From an uncultured Candidatus Saccharibacteria bacterium (GTDB taxonomy: Bacteria; Patescibacteriota; Minisyncoccia; Phycocordibacterales; CSBR16-119), in the NCBI GenBank assembly GCA_964557535.1, contig CAZLAD010000004.1, positions 19,039-83,038 of the forward strand: a stretch of 64,000 bases of DNA, written 5' to 3'. The position numbers were made by a program, and so were the translations under genes. The notes beneath the pieces are model-generated. The model ran no database searches, was not told where the DNA came from, and was given only the letters and a program-made list of their open reading frames with translations. Below, one piece after another: positions 21,017 through 30,943 of the stretch (positions are counted from its first letter, which is position 1; every line of letters begins with the position of its first letter).

Positions 21017-22138
21017 CTATGCAATTTTCTGCACAGGGTAAGAAAGAACGAAGTACGTCTTTAGAGCACTACTGCGAATTTGCTCCATGTTTCCGTTCCA
21101 GTGTCGAAGATCGTTCGCAAGCTCGTACAGCTTTCTGGCTTCTTCCGGACCTGTTACTTCTTGAATCGCCTCACTGAAGAGCTCCACGAACTTATCATGT
21201 TCTTCACTACTCGCGAACGGAAACCAAATCCAGTGGCTTTTTGCCCGAGCATTTTGAACGGCATCTCGGATACTTCGACACAGCTTGCTGACCAGTTCAA
21301 TCTTCGAGAGCTTGGAAACTTGCACGATCTTGATGAAAAGCTTGCTGATCAGTTTCTGTTGATGGGAATCGGCCTTGCCCGACATCCGTTCAAGGAGGTT
21401 GAGCAAAACAAATCCATCATCAGTACAATCAATAAGCTTGGTCCAGAGACTTGTGTAGGCGAAGCTCCACTGCCCATCTGTGCTCGATCTCGTGAAGACA
21501 GCCCACAATGCACCCCAGCCTTCAGTCAGTAAAACGATCTTCTCAAATGCTTGGGTCTTGTTCGTAGAGCTCGCATCTTTCGAATCAATAACGCCCCACA
21601 AAACATCCACGCTCTTGGTCGGATTGATGACATCGTTTTCGTAACGAAGCTGAATGGCCCAGTTGAGACTACTTCTCAGATTTTCCGTACCTTGAGTTCT
21701 CCAGTCGGAGGGCAATTTAGACAAAAGCCACCTGAGTTTCTTCAGGCTCGCTCCTTGCATCTGTCGCCTGATGGTTCCATGAACCCAAGACTGTACCCGA
21801 TATTTCATGTCGCTTGATGCCCAATCCTCTATTTGGAGTTGAAAATCAACACTCCTTTCCGATCTCAGAAGCATCTTCTCAATGACTTCATTGATACGCT
21901 GATCCGTTCTCGAAGTCATTTGCCAGATATCGTCCCTGTATCCTTCGGACTTCCTGACCGCAGCAAGACCATTTCGAATACTCCATAGACGAGGAACATT
22001 CTCTGTCTGCAGGAGTTGATCAAGCTCTTCAGAAGTCGGCAATCCAATTCCGCAAGATTCGACAATGTGACCCATCGGCAGCTTCCGCTCTTTGGCGGCC
22101 GCAAGTGCCTTCACAAACGTATTTACGCTCGTTTTCAT
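21017..22138 (-). CDS. Hypothetical Trp-rich protein, GC-richer than its neighbours (about 50% vs about 40%); no recognisable family
   Basis: 373-aa ORF with its own terminator and coding-like composition. No motif I can assign. Confidence 0.5.
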   Translation of the reverse strand: MKTSVNTFVKALAAAKERKLPMGHIVESCGIGLPTSEELDQLLQTENVPRLWSIRNGLAAVRKSEGYRDDIWQMTSRTDQRINEVIEKMLLRSERSVDFQLQIEDWASSDMKYRVQSWVHGTIRRQMQGASLKKLRWLLSKLPSDWRTQGTENLRSSLNWAIQLRYENDVINPTKSVDVLWGVIDSKDASSTNKTQAFEKIVLLTEGWGALWAVFTRSSTDGQWSFAYTSLWTKLIDCTDDGFVLLNLLERMSGKADSHQQKLISKLFIKIVQVSKLSKIELVSKLCRSIRDAVQNARAKSHWIWFPFASSEEHDKFVELFSEAIQEVTGPEEARKLYELANDLRHWNGNMEQIRSSALKTYFVLSYPVQKIA

Positions 22139-22208
22139 GGAACTTTGTTTTTCTTAGCCCACCGAAATGGAGAGCTTTCTGAACGAACTTTACTCCCCCA
22201 AAACCCCC

Positions 22209-22236
22209 TTGTCAAACCGCCTTTTTCATGTAATAT
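22209..22236 (+). promoter_or_regulatory. Candidate promoter TTGTCA-N16-TAATAT upstream of rpsB
   Basis: TTGTCA at 22209-22214, 16-nt spacer, TAATAT at 22231-22236. Followed by the inverted repeat CCACGTC-a-GACGTGG at 22255-22269 in the predicted leader. Confidence 0.3.
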
Positions 22237-22344
22237 GTGTGGGTCTGTAACTAACCACGTCAGACGTGGTGTCCAGCGGCAAGTCACCCTGGATCAAACG
22301 AGAATCAATTAAAATAACTTAGATTCTTGTGCAGATTTATAAAA

Positions 22345-23016
22345 ATGGAAAGTAAATTAATTAACGATATTTTAGCTGCTGGAGGACATTTTGGATATTC
22401 CAAAACAAGACGTCACCCTTCAACAAAAAGCTACGTTTTCGGCACAAAGAACAACGCCGACATAATCGATGTCACACAAACAGCAGAAATGCTTGAAACG
22501 GCGATGAAATTCGTCAAAGGTTTGGGCGAGGAGAAAAAAACAATTCTTTTCCTCAGTTCAAAACCTGAAGCCAAAAAAATAATGGAAGCGGCCGCGAAAT
22601 CACTCGGGATGCCATATGTCGAAAATCGCTGGATCGGCGGAACGCTTACCAACTTCACTCAAATAATCAAAAGAATCAATGTCCTCATTGATCTAAAAAA
22701 CAAACAAGCAAAAGGAGACCTCGCCAAATACACAAAGAAAGAGCAATCAGATTTCGCTCGACAAATTGAGAAAATGGAAAAAAACTTTGGCGGACTTGTC
22801 GGTATGACCAAGCGTCCCGACGCCGTATTCATCGTTGACACAAAGAAAGAGCGCATTGCCCTAACCGAAGCCAACATGATGAAAATCCCAGTTATCGCAA
22901 TTGCAAATACCGACAACGACCTACGCGGAATCGACTTTCCAATAGTTGCAAATGACGCTTCTAGAACAAGTGTACAATTTTTCGTAGACAAAATCGTCGA
23001 AGCCTATAAAGCCTAA
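22345..23016 (+). CDS. rpsB: 30S ribosomal protein S2 (start at MESKLINDILAAGGHFGY; the ORF track begins 18 nt earlier)
   Basis: LLAAGVHFGHQTRRWNPKM-type N-terminus and the conserved S2 core. Confidence 0.93.
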   Translation: MESKLINDILAAGGHFGYSKTRRHPSTKSYVFGTKNNADIIDVTQTAEMLETAMKFVKGLGEEKKTILFLSSKPEAKKIMEAAAKSLGMPYVENRWIGGTLTNFTQIIKRINVLIDLKNKQAKGDLAKYTKKEQSDFARQIEKMEKNFGGLVGMTKRPDAVFIVDTKKERIALTEANMMKIPVIAIANTDNDLRGIDFPIVANDASRTSVQFFVDKIVEAYKA

Positions 23017-23078
23017 ATAAAAGTTTGGTATAATAGCCAAATCCGTATTAGCCGTTCTTTATCTTTAATCTAAAAAAT

Positions 23079-23846
23079 ATGATTACAACCGAACAATTGA
23101 AAACTTTACGAGACGAAACCGGCATCTCTGTGATGCAATGTAAAAAAGCCCTCGAAGAAGCCGGTGGTGATATTGAGAAAGCTCGCGTTATCTTGAAGAA
23201 GAAATCAGGCGACGTCGCGGCCAAGAAAGCTGACCGAGAACTAGGGAGCGGACTTATCGTTACAACCCAAAACGCAGATAAGGTAGTCATGCTTACCCTA
23301 CTTTGCGAAACTGACTTCGTGGCGAAAAATGACGACTTTGTGAACATGGCCAAATCTATGGCTGACAAAGTCCTAATGAGTGGAAAAGACTCCGTCGAAA
23401 CTGACGGACTAAACGAGCTCATGCAAAAAGTCGGCGAAAATATCAAACTTGGCGAAATAATCGAAATAGAATCTGCCAACGCTGGAATTTATAATCACAA
23501 CGGACATTTCGCTGCGGTTGTTGTTTTGAAAGATGCCAATGCTGAACTAGCAAAAGACATTGCTATGCACACCACAGCCATGCGCCCAACATACCTCGCC
23601 GAAACCGATATCCCAGACACTGACAAAGAAAACGCCAAAGCAGTTCTCGCCAAAGAAGTCGAAGAACAATCAGTTGGAAAACCCGAAGAAATGAAAGCGA
23701 AAATACTGGAAGGAAAAATGAATGCTTATTTCAAAGAACAAATACTTCTAAACCAGGCATTTATCAAAGATCCAAGCAAAACAATTGCTCAGCTTCTAAA
23801 AGAATCTGGTAATGAAATTGAAAGTTTCAAAATACAACAAATTTAA
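23079..23846 (+). CDS. tsf: Elongation factor Ts
   Basis: 255 aa. LR..TG.S.M.CKKAL.E..GDIEKA...LKKK at the N-terminus. Canonical rpsB-tsf order. Confidence 0.95.
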   Translation: MITTEQLKTLRDETGISVMQCKKALEEAGGDIEKARVILKKKSGDVAAKKADRELGSGLIVTTQNADKVVMLTLLCETDFVAKNDDFVNMAKSMADKVLMSGKDSVETDGLNELMQKVGENIKLGEIIEIESANAGIYNHNGHFAAVVVLKDANAELAKDIAMHTTAMRPTYLAETDIPDTDKENAKAVLAKEVEEQSVGKPEEMKAKILEGKMNAYFKEQILLNQAFIKDPSKTIAQLLKESGNEIESFKIQQI

Positions 23847-23849
23847 CCA

Positions 23850-24344
23850 ATGATAGACGTATCTGTAATCATATTTATTTTATCTCTGCTCGGCATCACG
23901 TGGATGTTTGTTTCTCAGGCCAAAAAACTAAAACGTGGTGTTGTATCTGAGGATGCTTTTTCGTCAAAAGACTTGTCTTATGAAAACCTCAAAATAATAA
24001 ACGATAAAATAAAAATGATGTGGCTACGATTTATCCATGTGGTCGCCATCGTCATATCTAAATCGTGGGCTAGACTTACGCATCACACCGTCTCTTGGTT
24101 CCACAAAGGGATTCGTCGTGTCGAGAATCAACTTATAAAGCATGAAAAGAAAAATGGAGGTGACGGCATTGGCCAAAAATCAGTATTTCTAACCACAATC
24201 AAGGCCTATAAAAGTGAAATCAAAAAACTAAAAGGAAAAGTCGAAGAAGAATTGCCACGCCCACGCGTCGCTGAAGAATCGACTCCTTCGGTTGACAATA
24301 TGACGGATATGAATACAATTGATGAGTCGAAATTGCCGGAATAG
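23850..24344 (+). CDS. Hypothetical membrane protein (N-terminal TM)
   Basis: 164 aa. MIDVSVIIFILSLLGITWMFV is a TM segment. The stop abuts the tRNA-Thr 5' end. Confidence 0.45.
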   Translation: MIDVSVIIFILSLLGITWMFVSQAKKLKRGVVSEDAFSSKDLSYENLKIINDKIKMMWLRFIHVVAIVISKSWARLTHHTVSWFHKGIRRVENQLIKHEKKNGGDGIGQKSVFLTTIKAYKSEIKKLKGKVEEELPRPRVAEESTPSVDNMTDMNTIDESKLPE

Positions 24345-24406
24345 CTCAACGGTAGAGCAACTGTTTTGTAAACAGTAGGTTGTGGGTTCAAGTCCCTCTT
24401 CCGGCT
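24335..24406 (+). tRNA. tRNA-Thr (anticodon TGT)
   Basis: Acceptor GCCGGAA/TTCCGGC, D-arm GCTCAACGGTAGAGC, anticodon stem ACTGT/ACAGT with loop TTTGTAA (TGT), T-arm TGGGTTCAAGTCCC. CC is encoded after discriminator T. Confidence 0.9.
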
Positions 24407-24416
24407 CCGTAAATCA

Positions 24417-24445
24417 AAAGCCCCGTGAGGGGGCTTTTGATTTAT
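24417..24445. terminator. Bidirectional terminator AAAAGCCCCGTGAGGGGGCTTTT
   Basis: GC stem flanked by A-run and T-run, between the tRNA-Thr and the convergent HAD-like gene. Confidence 0.7.
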
Positions 24446-24798
24446 TTAATCCCCTTCCAGCTTTTCTTGAAAAGCGTTGTTTTGATTGGATGGTTATCGA
24501 TCCAATGATAATTCCCCCCGCGAGGCTTATCCATCAGAAGCGCGTGATATTTGAAACCGTGTTTCCGAAGCCATGTTTCGGTGATCTTCTTGTGCTCCCT
24601 GGTCGTGCGCGAGGTAAAAAACGTAATTATATTACCATCGTCGTACAGCTTATCTATCGCCTCTTTGGCACCATCATAAGGTTTGCACGTCACCATCCTT
24701 TTTGGTTCTTCGTTTGGCACGTCATCAGTAATCGTGCCGTCGATGTCGATGAGATAATTTTTTACACCCGATTTTAAAATGGGACTCTTTTTCTTCAT
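24442..24798 (-). CDS. HAD-superfamily phosphatase-like small protein (DxDGT motif)
   Basis: 118 aa. LIDIDGTIT at the N-terminus is the HAD motif I. Confidence 0.6.
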   Translation of the reverse strand: MKKKSPILKSGVKNYLIDIDGTITDDVPNEEPKRMVTCKPYDGAKEAIDKLYDDGNIITFFTSRTTREHKKITETWLRKHGFKYHALLMDKPRGGNYHWIDNHPIKTTLFKKSWKGIK

Positions 24799-24801
24799 AA
24801 A

Positions 24802-25524
24802 TTACTGAGTTGTTGTGGTAGATGACGAATCTTTCATGTTTGTCGTGTCTTCTTCGTCTACTGTTTCAGATACAACGAACACTTTTGGAGCAATATTTTG
24901 AATGTCTTCAAATTCCTGAAGACCATAATAAACTTTACCATTTACGATAAGTGCTGGTAATCGCTCTGGTTCTTTGACTCTGTAGATAGTTTTTAGCGCC
25001 GACAAGGCGGAAAGATCGAGGTTATAGTCAAACGCATACACTCTGACATTTGGATAATTCTGGCGAATATCGGTGAGAATATAGCCCTGCTTTTCACAAT
25101 CAGAACAATCTACTTTGTTCGAATAAAAATAAATAATGTTTGTTATTCTCAGACCACATTTCTCTTCGGTCTTCTTCATCAACAGATAATCCTTGATTTG
25201 AAGGATTGAATAATATTTTCGCAGAGACAAAAGTTCTTCTTTGGAACCGATATTGTTCTGTTCACCGTATTCAATTTTTGACGCGAGTTCATTCAATTCT
25301 TTTGATAGAAGTGAGTCATCGATGTTACTACAAGAAAGCTCAGACAACAGATTGTATTGGGTTTCTGAGGATAGAATGTCTAGAGAGATTGAGTCTTGAA
25401 TTGATCTAATGGCTTCGATTTTTTTGTTATTGAAAAAGTTTGACAGCACAAAAGCCATCCCAAACAAAAAAGCAGTGATCAAAAACGCTACAAAATATCT
25501 CTTCCAATCAGTATTTGATTTCAT
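24802..25524 (-). CDS. Membrane-anchored thioredoxin-fold (DsbA/glutaredoxin-like) protein with a CSDC motif
   Basis: 240 aa. N-terminal TM. CSDCEKQGYILTDI...LPALIVNGKVYYG resembles a CxxC thioredoxin-like fold. Confidence 0.45.
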   Translation of the reverse strand: MKSNTDWKRYFVAFLITAFLFGMAFVLSNFFNNKKIEAIRSIQDSISLDILSSETQYNLLSELSCSNIDDSLLSKELNELASKIEYGEQNNIGSKEELLSLRKYYSILQIKDYLLMKKTEEKCGLRITNIIYFYSNKVDCSDCEKQGYILTDIRQNYPNVRVYAFDYNLDLSALSALKTIYRVKEPERLPALIVNGKVYYGLQEFEDIQNIAPKVFVVSETVDEEDTTNMKDSSSTTTTQ

Positions 25525-25529
25525 GTTAC

Positions 25530-26771
25530 TTATCTCCAGGCTACACCCTTGCGGACAAAGACTGAATTATATATGGCTTTTAATATCCAGAAAGGTGCAA
25601 CTATGCTGAAAATGATCATAAACGGAATCGTATAATAGTCAATCCCGTGACGACCATAGACCATTTTGCGACCGATTGATATAGAAATGAACAAAAATAA
25701 ATACAAAATCACTATTATAAATGTTTGACCACTAGATGATAGGAAAAACGGATCAAAACTACCAACATTGAAATGAAATCCGGTAACTCCTATCTGCTCA
25801 AAATTTTTCTGAGCAGCCACAGCCGTGTTCACAAGGAAAAGCGACAGTATGTACGGCACAGCGATGATGGAAATCACACCAGCTGGCACAGAAAACATAG
25901 AGAAGGCGCCGAACTTTGGACGCAAAATTATTTTTCTGTAATCCCAAGCATTCATTATAAATCCGTAAATCCAGCGTAGTCGTTGCTTGTACAGTTTCTT
26001 CACTGTGTTTGGCACTTTGGTATAAACAAACGCGTCCTCGCATTGTTCGATCTTGAAATAATTTTGTTGCATACGAAAAGCGATTTCCATGTCTTCGGTA
26101 TTGTGGGCCTTGCGAAAATATCCGAGGCGTTCGAAAACTTCTTTCTTAAAAATCGAAAAAGGTCCAGGTGTCACGTAGTTTGCCCCGAGCATCCCCAGAA
26201 TCTTTTTACGAAACACGGCCCAATCGTATTCGACTCGTTGAACGATCTGGATCAAGCCTTTTGGTTTGTGGACGATAATCGATGGACAGACGGCCATGGT
26301 CTTGGCATCATTCTCAAAAAAAGTCATGATGCGTTTCAAAGCCTGACTATCGACAAATGAATCAGAATCAAGGCAACCAACAAATGGTGTGTTGGCGAGC
26401 TTGAGTCCCATGTTTACCGCGGTGTGCTTGCCACCATTTTCCTTGCGCAATATTTCTATTTGCGGATGTCCAGCAAAAAATTGCATGATACTCCAAGTAT
26501 TGTCCGTCGACCCATCATCAACGAGAAAAAACTTTAATTTTTCTTTTGGATAGTCGAGAGCGAGAAGTGACTCCACCGTACCCTCGATGGTTGTCTCCTC
26601 ATTCCAACACGGCACGACAATAGTTACTCCGGGATACGATTTGAGATCAATTTCGCCTGACCGGCGCTTAATTTCTTGACGTTTTTCCAAGAAAGTTATG
26701 AGAAATACCACCTGGATAAAAACAGACATAAATGACAAGATATATAGGATTATGGCCGAAACTTCAGGCAT
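25530..26771 (-). CDS. Integral-membrane family 2 glycosyltransferase (processive type, QxxRW)
   Basis: 413 aa. VVPCWNEE...FLVDDGSTDNT (DxD region), QRLRW motif, N- and C-terminal TM helices. Confidence 0.85.
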   Translation of the reverse strand: MPEVSAIILYILSFMSVFIQVVFLITFLEKRQEIKRRSGEIDLKSYPGVTIVVPCWNEETTIEGTVESLLALDYPKEKLKFFLVDDGSTDNTWSIMQFFAGHPQIEILRKENGGKHTAVNMGLKLANTPFVGCLDSDSFVDSQALKRIMTFFENDAKTMAVCPSIIVHKPKGLIQIVQRVEYDWAVFRKKILGMLGANYVTPGPFSIFKKEVFERLGYFRKAHNTEDMEIAFRMQQNYFKIEQCEDAFVYTKVPNTVKKLYKQRLRWIYGFIMNAWDYRKIILRPKFGAFSMFSVPAGVISIIAVPYILSLFLVNTAVAAQKNFEQIGVTGFHFNVGSFDPFFLSSSGQTFIIVILYLFLFISISIGRKMVYGRHGIDYYTIPFMIIFSIVAPFWILKAIYNSVFVRKGVAWR

Positions 26772-26843
26772 TTATAGCTAAAACAATAGCATTTTATGGC
26801 CCTTTTAGCAATCCATCTTCGCTTCTGGCTGGCTAGGAGACGT

Positions 26844-26878
26844 GGAAAAGCCCCCCGACGTAGTCGGGGGGCTTTTCC
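26844..26878 (-). terminator. Intrinsic terminator GGAAAAGCCCCCCGAC-gta-GTCGGGGGGCTTTTCC 3' of the DUF378 gene
   Basis: 16-bp GC-rich stem with flanking A/T runs. Confidence 0.7.
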
Positions 26879-26894
26879 CAATAGATTTCCCGTA

Positions 26895-27122
26895 TTACAT
26901 AGATTTAGCTCCAGAGTCACAAGCCTTGCATCCACACTTACCCATAGCCACCATCACAGCAGATACTCCGACAAGGAGGTAAACGAGAGCTTCGATCATC
27001 ATCCACTGTCCAAGGATCAGATGGACGATATTCCAATCTTTGCCACCCAAGATCCAGCCGAGACCGACAAGACCCCAGTTTAGGGCTCCGATAATAACTA
27101 ACCACCAAGCAATTTTCTTCAT
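26895..27122 (-). CDS. DUF378-family small membrane protein
   Basis: 75 aa. MKKIAWWLVIIGALNWGLVGL matches the DUF378 signature (IGALNWGLVG). Confidence 0.7.
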   Translation of the reverse strand: MKKIAWWLVIIGALNWGLVGLGWILGGKDWNIVHLILGQWMMIEALVYLLVGVSAVMVAMGKCGCKACDSGAKSM

Positions 27123-27301
27123 AATATTACGAAATAAATTATTACTAATAATTACGAGACCTTTAATCCTATTATACCACTATCAATTTTTGAGCAAGGA
27201 GTTAGTAACAGGGGTTATTAATCAAAATAAAAGCCTTGTTTCACAATTTTATATTTCGACGTCGCTCACATCTTGTACGAGCAAACTTGCACAGATGCTC
27301 G

Positions 27302-28594
27302 CTAGTCGAAATGATTCCTGAGTCTTATGATCTTCTCGTTCGAACGGAGTTTTTCGTGGACTTTGGCTTCGATTTGGCGAATACGTTCACGGGTGACGCC
27401 GAATTCGTGCCCGACTTCTTCGAGCGTATGCTGGATGCCATCTTCTAGTCCGTAGCGCATCTCGAGAATTTTCTTTTCTTTTGGAGAAAGTTCGTTCAAA
27501 ACCTCTTTGATTTGATCAGAGAGGATTCGTTGCGCAGATTCTTGATCTGGTCGCATGATTTTGTCATCGGCAATAAATTCACCGAGCGTTGATTTGTCTT
27601 CGTCGTCGCCAATCGGTTTTTCGAGAGACGCTGTTGTCTGACTGATTTTTTCAATTACGTGAATTTTCTCTACCTCGACACCCATTTCGGTTGCAATTTC
27701 TTCGGCGAGTGGTTCTCTACCCAAATCCTGGAAAAGTCGGCGATAGACTTGTTTGTACTTCGAAATTGTTTCCACCATGTGAACGGGGATGCGGATAGTT
27801 CGAGATTGATCGGCAAGTGCACGCGTGATTGATTGGCGAATCCACCACGTTGCATATGTCGAGAATTTGTAACCCTTTTTCCAGTCGAATTTCTCGACGG
27901 CTTTGAAAAGTCCCAAGTTTCCTTCCTGGATGAGATCGAGAAGTGTGAGATCAGACGAGCGTCCGGCGTATTTCTTGGCAATCGACACGACAAGACGCAG
28001 GTTGGCGCGAGCAAGCAAATTTTTCGCTTCCAAATCTCCAAGCTCAATACGCTTCGCCAAATCTTTTTCTTGCTGAGCTTTGATGAGTGGATATTGGCCG
28101 ATTTCTTTCAGATACATCTGAATCGAGTCGCGAGATTTTTTGTCTTTGGTGTATTTGTCGATTGTCTTCTTGTCGATGACGTCCATGTCGAGCAAATTAC
28201 CACCCTCGATCACGTCAATCGAGGCTTCCATGAACTGAGAATACAAATCATCGAGCATGATAACGTCTGTTTCGATGTTTGGGAAAGTTTTTAGAATTTC
28301 GTCGTAGGTGATAAATCCACGCTTTTTGCCTTTGGTCACCAAATCATCAATTTTGGCTTTTATGGCGATGACTTTCGGATTCTTGGACTCGACTTTGGCT
28401 TTCGGTTGTGGCGCGGGTTTTGCTCCGCCCTTTTTCAAAGTTCGAGCAGGCTTTTTAACCGACTTTTTGACGGCCTTTTTCAACGTTTTTTTGACTTTCT
28501 TGACCTTTTTGACAACTTTCTTCGGCTTTTTGGCCTTCCCGCCTGCGCGGACAGATTTGATCGGCTTCTTGGAGTTCTTTTTTTTCATTTGCAT
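27302..28594 (-). CDS. rpoD: RNA polymerase sigma factor RpoD with a lysine-rich (histone H1-like) N-terminal tail
   Basis: 430 aa. Regions 2-4 are conserved ([28 protein letters not shown]...[18 protein letters not shown]). The N-terminal 70 aa are a K/A/V/P-rich low-complexity stretch. Confidence 0.95.
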   Translation of the reverse strand: MQMKKKNSKKPIKSVRAGGKAKKPKKVVKKVKKVKKTLKKAVKKSVKKPARTLKKGGAKPAPQPKAKVESKNPKVIAIKAKIDDLVTKGKKRGFITYDEILKTFPNIETDVIMLDDLYSQFMEASIDVIEGGNLLDMDVIDKKTIDKYTKDKKSRDSIQMYLKEIGQYPLIKAQQEKDLAKRIELGDLEAKNLLARANLRLVVSIAKKYAGRSSDLTLLDLIQEGNLGLFKAVEKFDWKKGYKFSTYATWWIRQSITRALADQSRTIRIPVHMVETISKYKQVYRRLFQDLGREPLAEEIATEMGVEVEKIHVIEKISQTTASLEKPIGDDEDKSTLGEFIADDKIMRPDQESAQRILSDQIKEVLNELSPKEKKILEMRYGLEDGIQHTLEEVGHEFGVTRERIRQIEAKVHEKLRSNEKIIRLRNHFD

Positions 28595-28608
28595 AGTATA
28601 CGTTATTT

Positions 28609-30327
28609 TTAAAATTTGTGAAGATGCCGACTATTTTTAATCTCGGAGAGTCTTTTGACTAGATTTTGATACTCGGCTGACAATTTCTCGGCTTCGGCGT
28701 CGTCACTTTGCCCTTCGGCGTTTTTGAGTCGCATCTTCAATTCATCGATCTTTCTCGACAGATAATCTTCTTCGAGATTTTTTAACATTTCCGCAAATGT
28801 AATTTCTCCCGATTCGTCCGTCGCCATTTCTCTTTCAAAAATAAGTTCTTGTTTAATGGATTCATATTTGGCAATCAGGTTTTTTAGTTTGTCTTCGCCC
28901 ATGATTTTCCCAAGTTCCGTTTCAATATTTTTGTCTTCGCTTTTCCCGAAATAAATTCCCATAATTTTGCGTTCGATTGTTTCAGTTCGACCAATCTCTT
29001 GTTTTGATTTTTCTGGAGCGACAACTTCACCCTGCGGTGGAACATTTATTTTTTCCAAGTCTTGCCAAATGGCCGTTTCTGAAAGTCCGGTCATGCTGGA
29101 AACTTTTTTGACGAAATATGATTTTTCTATCTGGCTTCGAAGTGTGGCTATTTCGGGCAAAACTTCGGCACGAATTTTGTTACCCAGATCTCGTTCGTCT
29201 TTGGACGTTTCCTTGATTTTGTCAGTTTCAAATTCGATGATATGTTTGGCTTCACGCAAGAGCGCGCTCCAAGCATCTTTGCCTTGGTCTTTTATAAATT
29301 CAGCTGGATCTTTGGCGCCAGGGATTGCCACGACTTTCACATCCATTCCAAGCGTAAGAGCGATATGCGCCGAACGTTTGGCGGCTTTTACCCCAGCCGT
29401 ATCAGCATCGAATGCGAGAATCAGATTATTTGAAAGCCTTTTAACTAAACCTAAATTATTGACGCCGTTGGTGCCGGCCAAACTATCAGAAAGTGCCGTA
29501 CCAGAAACACCAACCGTATTTCGAAATCCGGCTTGATGCATCATAACAACGTCAAACTGTCCCTCAACGAGCGTGGTGAAATTATATTTCCGGATGAAAT
29601 TTTTGGCCTTGTCGAGCCCGAATAGAACGTCGGATTTGTTGAATAGCGGTGTATCGGGAGAGTTCACGTATTTGGCTGACTTTTCGTCCGGATGAAGAAT
29701 GCGTCCAGAAAAAGCAATTGGTCGCCCAGCCGAGTCGGTGATAGGAAACATGATTCGATCACGGAAAGTGTCGTAGATCCCCTTTTCACTTTTCTTGCCA
29801 AGTCCACCCGCAACAATATCCGCGTCCGAGAAATCTTTTTTCAGTTCATCATACAAATGTCGCCACGTTCCCGGCGCATAACCAATCCGAAAATCGCGAA
29901 TGACGTGATCTTCGACTCCCCTGTCGCGCAAATATTTTTTGGCTTCTTCGTTTTCGGTCAGAGCTTTTTCGAAAATCTGAGTAGCCTTTTCGGTCATATC
30001 ATAAAGCCTGTCGCGAAGTTCGCTCGCTTTGACATCAACTGGACCAAGTTTCACTCCCGCGCGCTCGGCCAAGACTTTGAGTGCGCCACGAAAATCAAGC
30101 CCCTCCATCTCTTGGACAAAAGTAAAAATGTCTCCGCCCTTGCCCGTCGAAAAGCAATGATAAAGTCCCTTGTCCGGCGCGACGAAAAACGACGGTGTGC
30201 GTTCGTTCGTAAACGGCGATTTACCCTTCATGTTTTTCCCCGCAGGTGAAAGGGTTACATACATCGATACAACGTCGACAATATTGAGCCTGTCTTTAAT
30301 TTGTTCGACGGGAGTCATGCCACCCAT
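28609..30327 (-). CDS. dnaG: DNA primase (start likely MGGMTPVEQ; the ORF track extends to 30363 through a terminator hairpin)
   Basis: Zinc-ribbon-region homology ([14 protein letters not shown]...[13 protein letters not shown]), TOPRIM ([15 protein letters not shown]), classic dnaG-rpoD order. The Zn ligands are degenerate (see findings). Confidence 0.9.
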   Translation of the reverse strand: MGGMTPVEQIKDRLNIVDVVSMYVTLSPAGKNMKGKSPFTNERTPSFFVAPDKGLYHCFSTGKGGDIFTFVQEMEGLDFRGALKVLAERAGVKLGPVDVKASELRDRLYDMTEKATQIFEKALTENEEAKKYLRDRGVEDHVIRDFRIGYAPGTWRHLYDELKKDFSDADIVAGGLGKKSEKGIYDTFRDRIMFPITDSAGRPIAFSGRILHPDEKSAKYVNSPDTPLFNKSDVLFGLDKAKNFIRKYNFTTLVEGQFDVVMMHQAGFRNTVGVSGTALSDSLAGTNGVNNLGLVKRLSNNLILAFDADTAGVKAAKRSAHIALTLGMDVKVVAIPGAKDPAEFIKDQGKDAWSALLREAKHIIEFETDKIKETSKDERDLGNKIRAEVLPEIATLRSQIEKSYFVKKVSSMTGLSETAIWQDLEKINVPPQGEVVAPEKSKQEIGRTETIERKIMGIYFGKSEDKNIETELGKIMGEDKLKNLIAKYESIKQELIFEREMATDESGEITFAEMLKNLEEDYLSRKIDELKMRLKNAEGQSDDAEAEKLSAEYQNLVKRLSEIKNSRHLHKF

Positions 30328-30354
30328 TCTATGTGATTTTAAGCGAAACGAAAA

Positions 30355-30373
30355 GGGTCCCAAAATGGGACCC
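30355..30373 (-). terminator. Hairpin GGGTCCCAAAATGGGACCC 3' of the 30379..30834 gene
   Basis: Perfect 7-bp stem with a T-rich minus-strand trail. Confidence 0.55.
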
Positions 30374-30378
30374 TTCGT

Positions 30379-30834
30379 TCAAGCGGTCTGCAAGGCATTC
30401 GCCTCTTCGAAAGCGACAGAGTACGAACCTCGGCTGGCAAAGATCAGGACGACCTTATCACGCCTCGAGTTCTTGATCGTGGAAACTGCCGGCTCGATGA
30501 CATGTTCCTTAACGTCATGAAGTCGTCTTCCTACATAAGCCTCGGGAAAATGCTTCGGCATCAGAATCGTGATGGAGGCAGCTTCCTTACGTCCCGCGAA
30601 TGCCAAGATGTTCCTGATAATCTCGTCGATCGGGAATTTCGGATGCCAAGGCACGTAGACGTGATCGCGATGTCCGGGCATGACCCTTGTCGCCTCAAGA
30701 GAAATTCCCGACATCGGAACCCCTGTCCAGACCGTGGGTTCCCGCTGCTCTTCAATGTAGCAGAGCATGTCTGTCCGTTCGATACGAGGTTTCGGCTTGT
30801 TTGTCTCAAAATACACGATCTCAAGTTGCGCCAT
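30379..30834 (-). CDS. Hypothetical protein, GC-richer
   Basis: 151-aa ORF bounded by hairpins at 30355-30373 and 30898-30921. No family recognised. Confidence 0.5.
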   Translation of the reverse strand: MAQLEIVYFETNKPKPRIERTDMLCYIEEQREPTVWTGVPMSGISLEATRVMPGHRDHVYVPWHPKFPIDEIIRNILAFAGRKEAASITILMPKHFPEAYVGRRLHDVKEHVIEPAVSTIKNSRRDKVVLIFASRGSYSVAFEEANALQTA

Positions 30835-30897
30835 GTTTGTTCAGTTTTGAGTTTTCTCGAAATTACCACGCAATACATAAAAAGTAAAGTAACAGCA

Positions 30898-30921
30898 AAG
30901 CCCCGGCGCGCCGGGGCTTTG
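30898..30921 (-). terminator. Perfect hairpin AAAGCCCCGGCGCGCCGGGGCTTT
   Basis: 24-nt perfect palindrome with A/T flanks, 3' of 30944..31483. Confidence 0.7.
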
Positions 30922-30943
30922 TGATTCCAGAATTTGGCAAGGT

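Noticed and set aside
30328-30363. First 12 codons of dnaG in the ORF track (MGPFSFRLKSHR)
   Set aside because: They are encoded by the GGGTCCCAAAATGGGACCC terminator hairpin of the upstream gene. The better start is MGGMTPVEQ.
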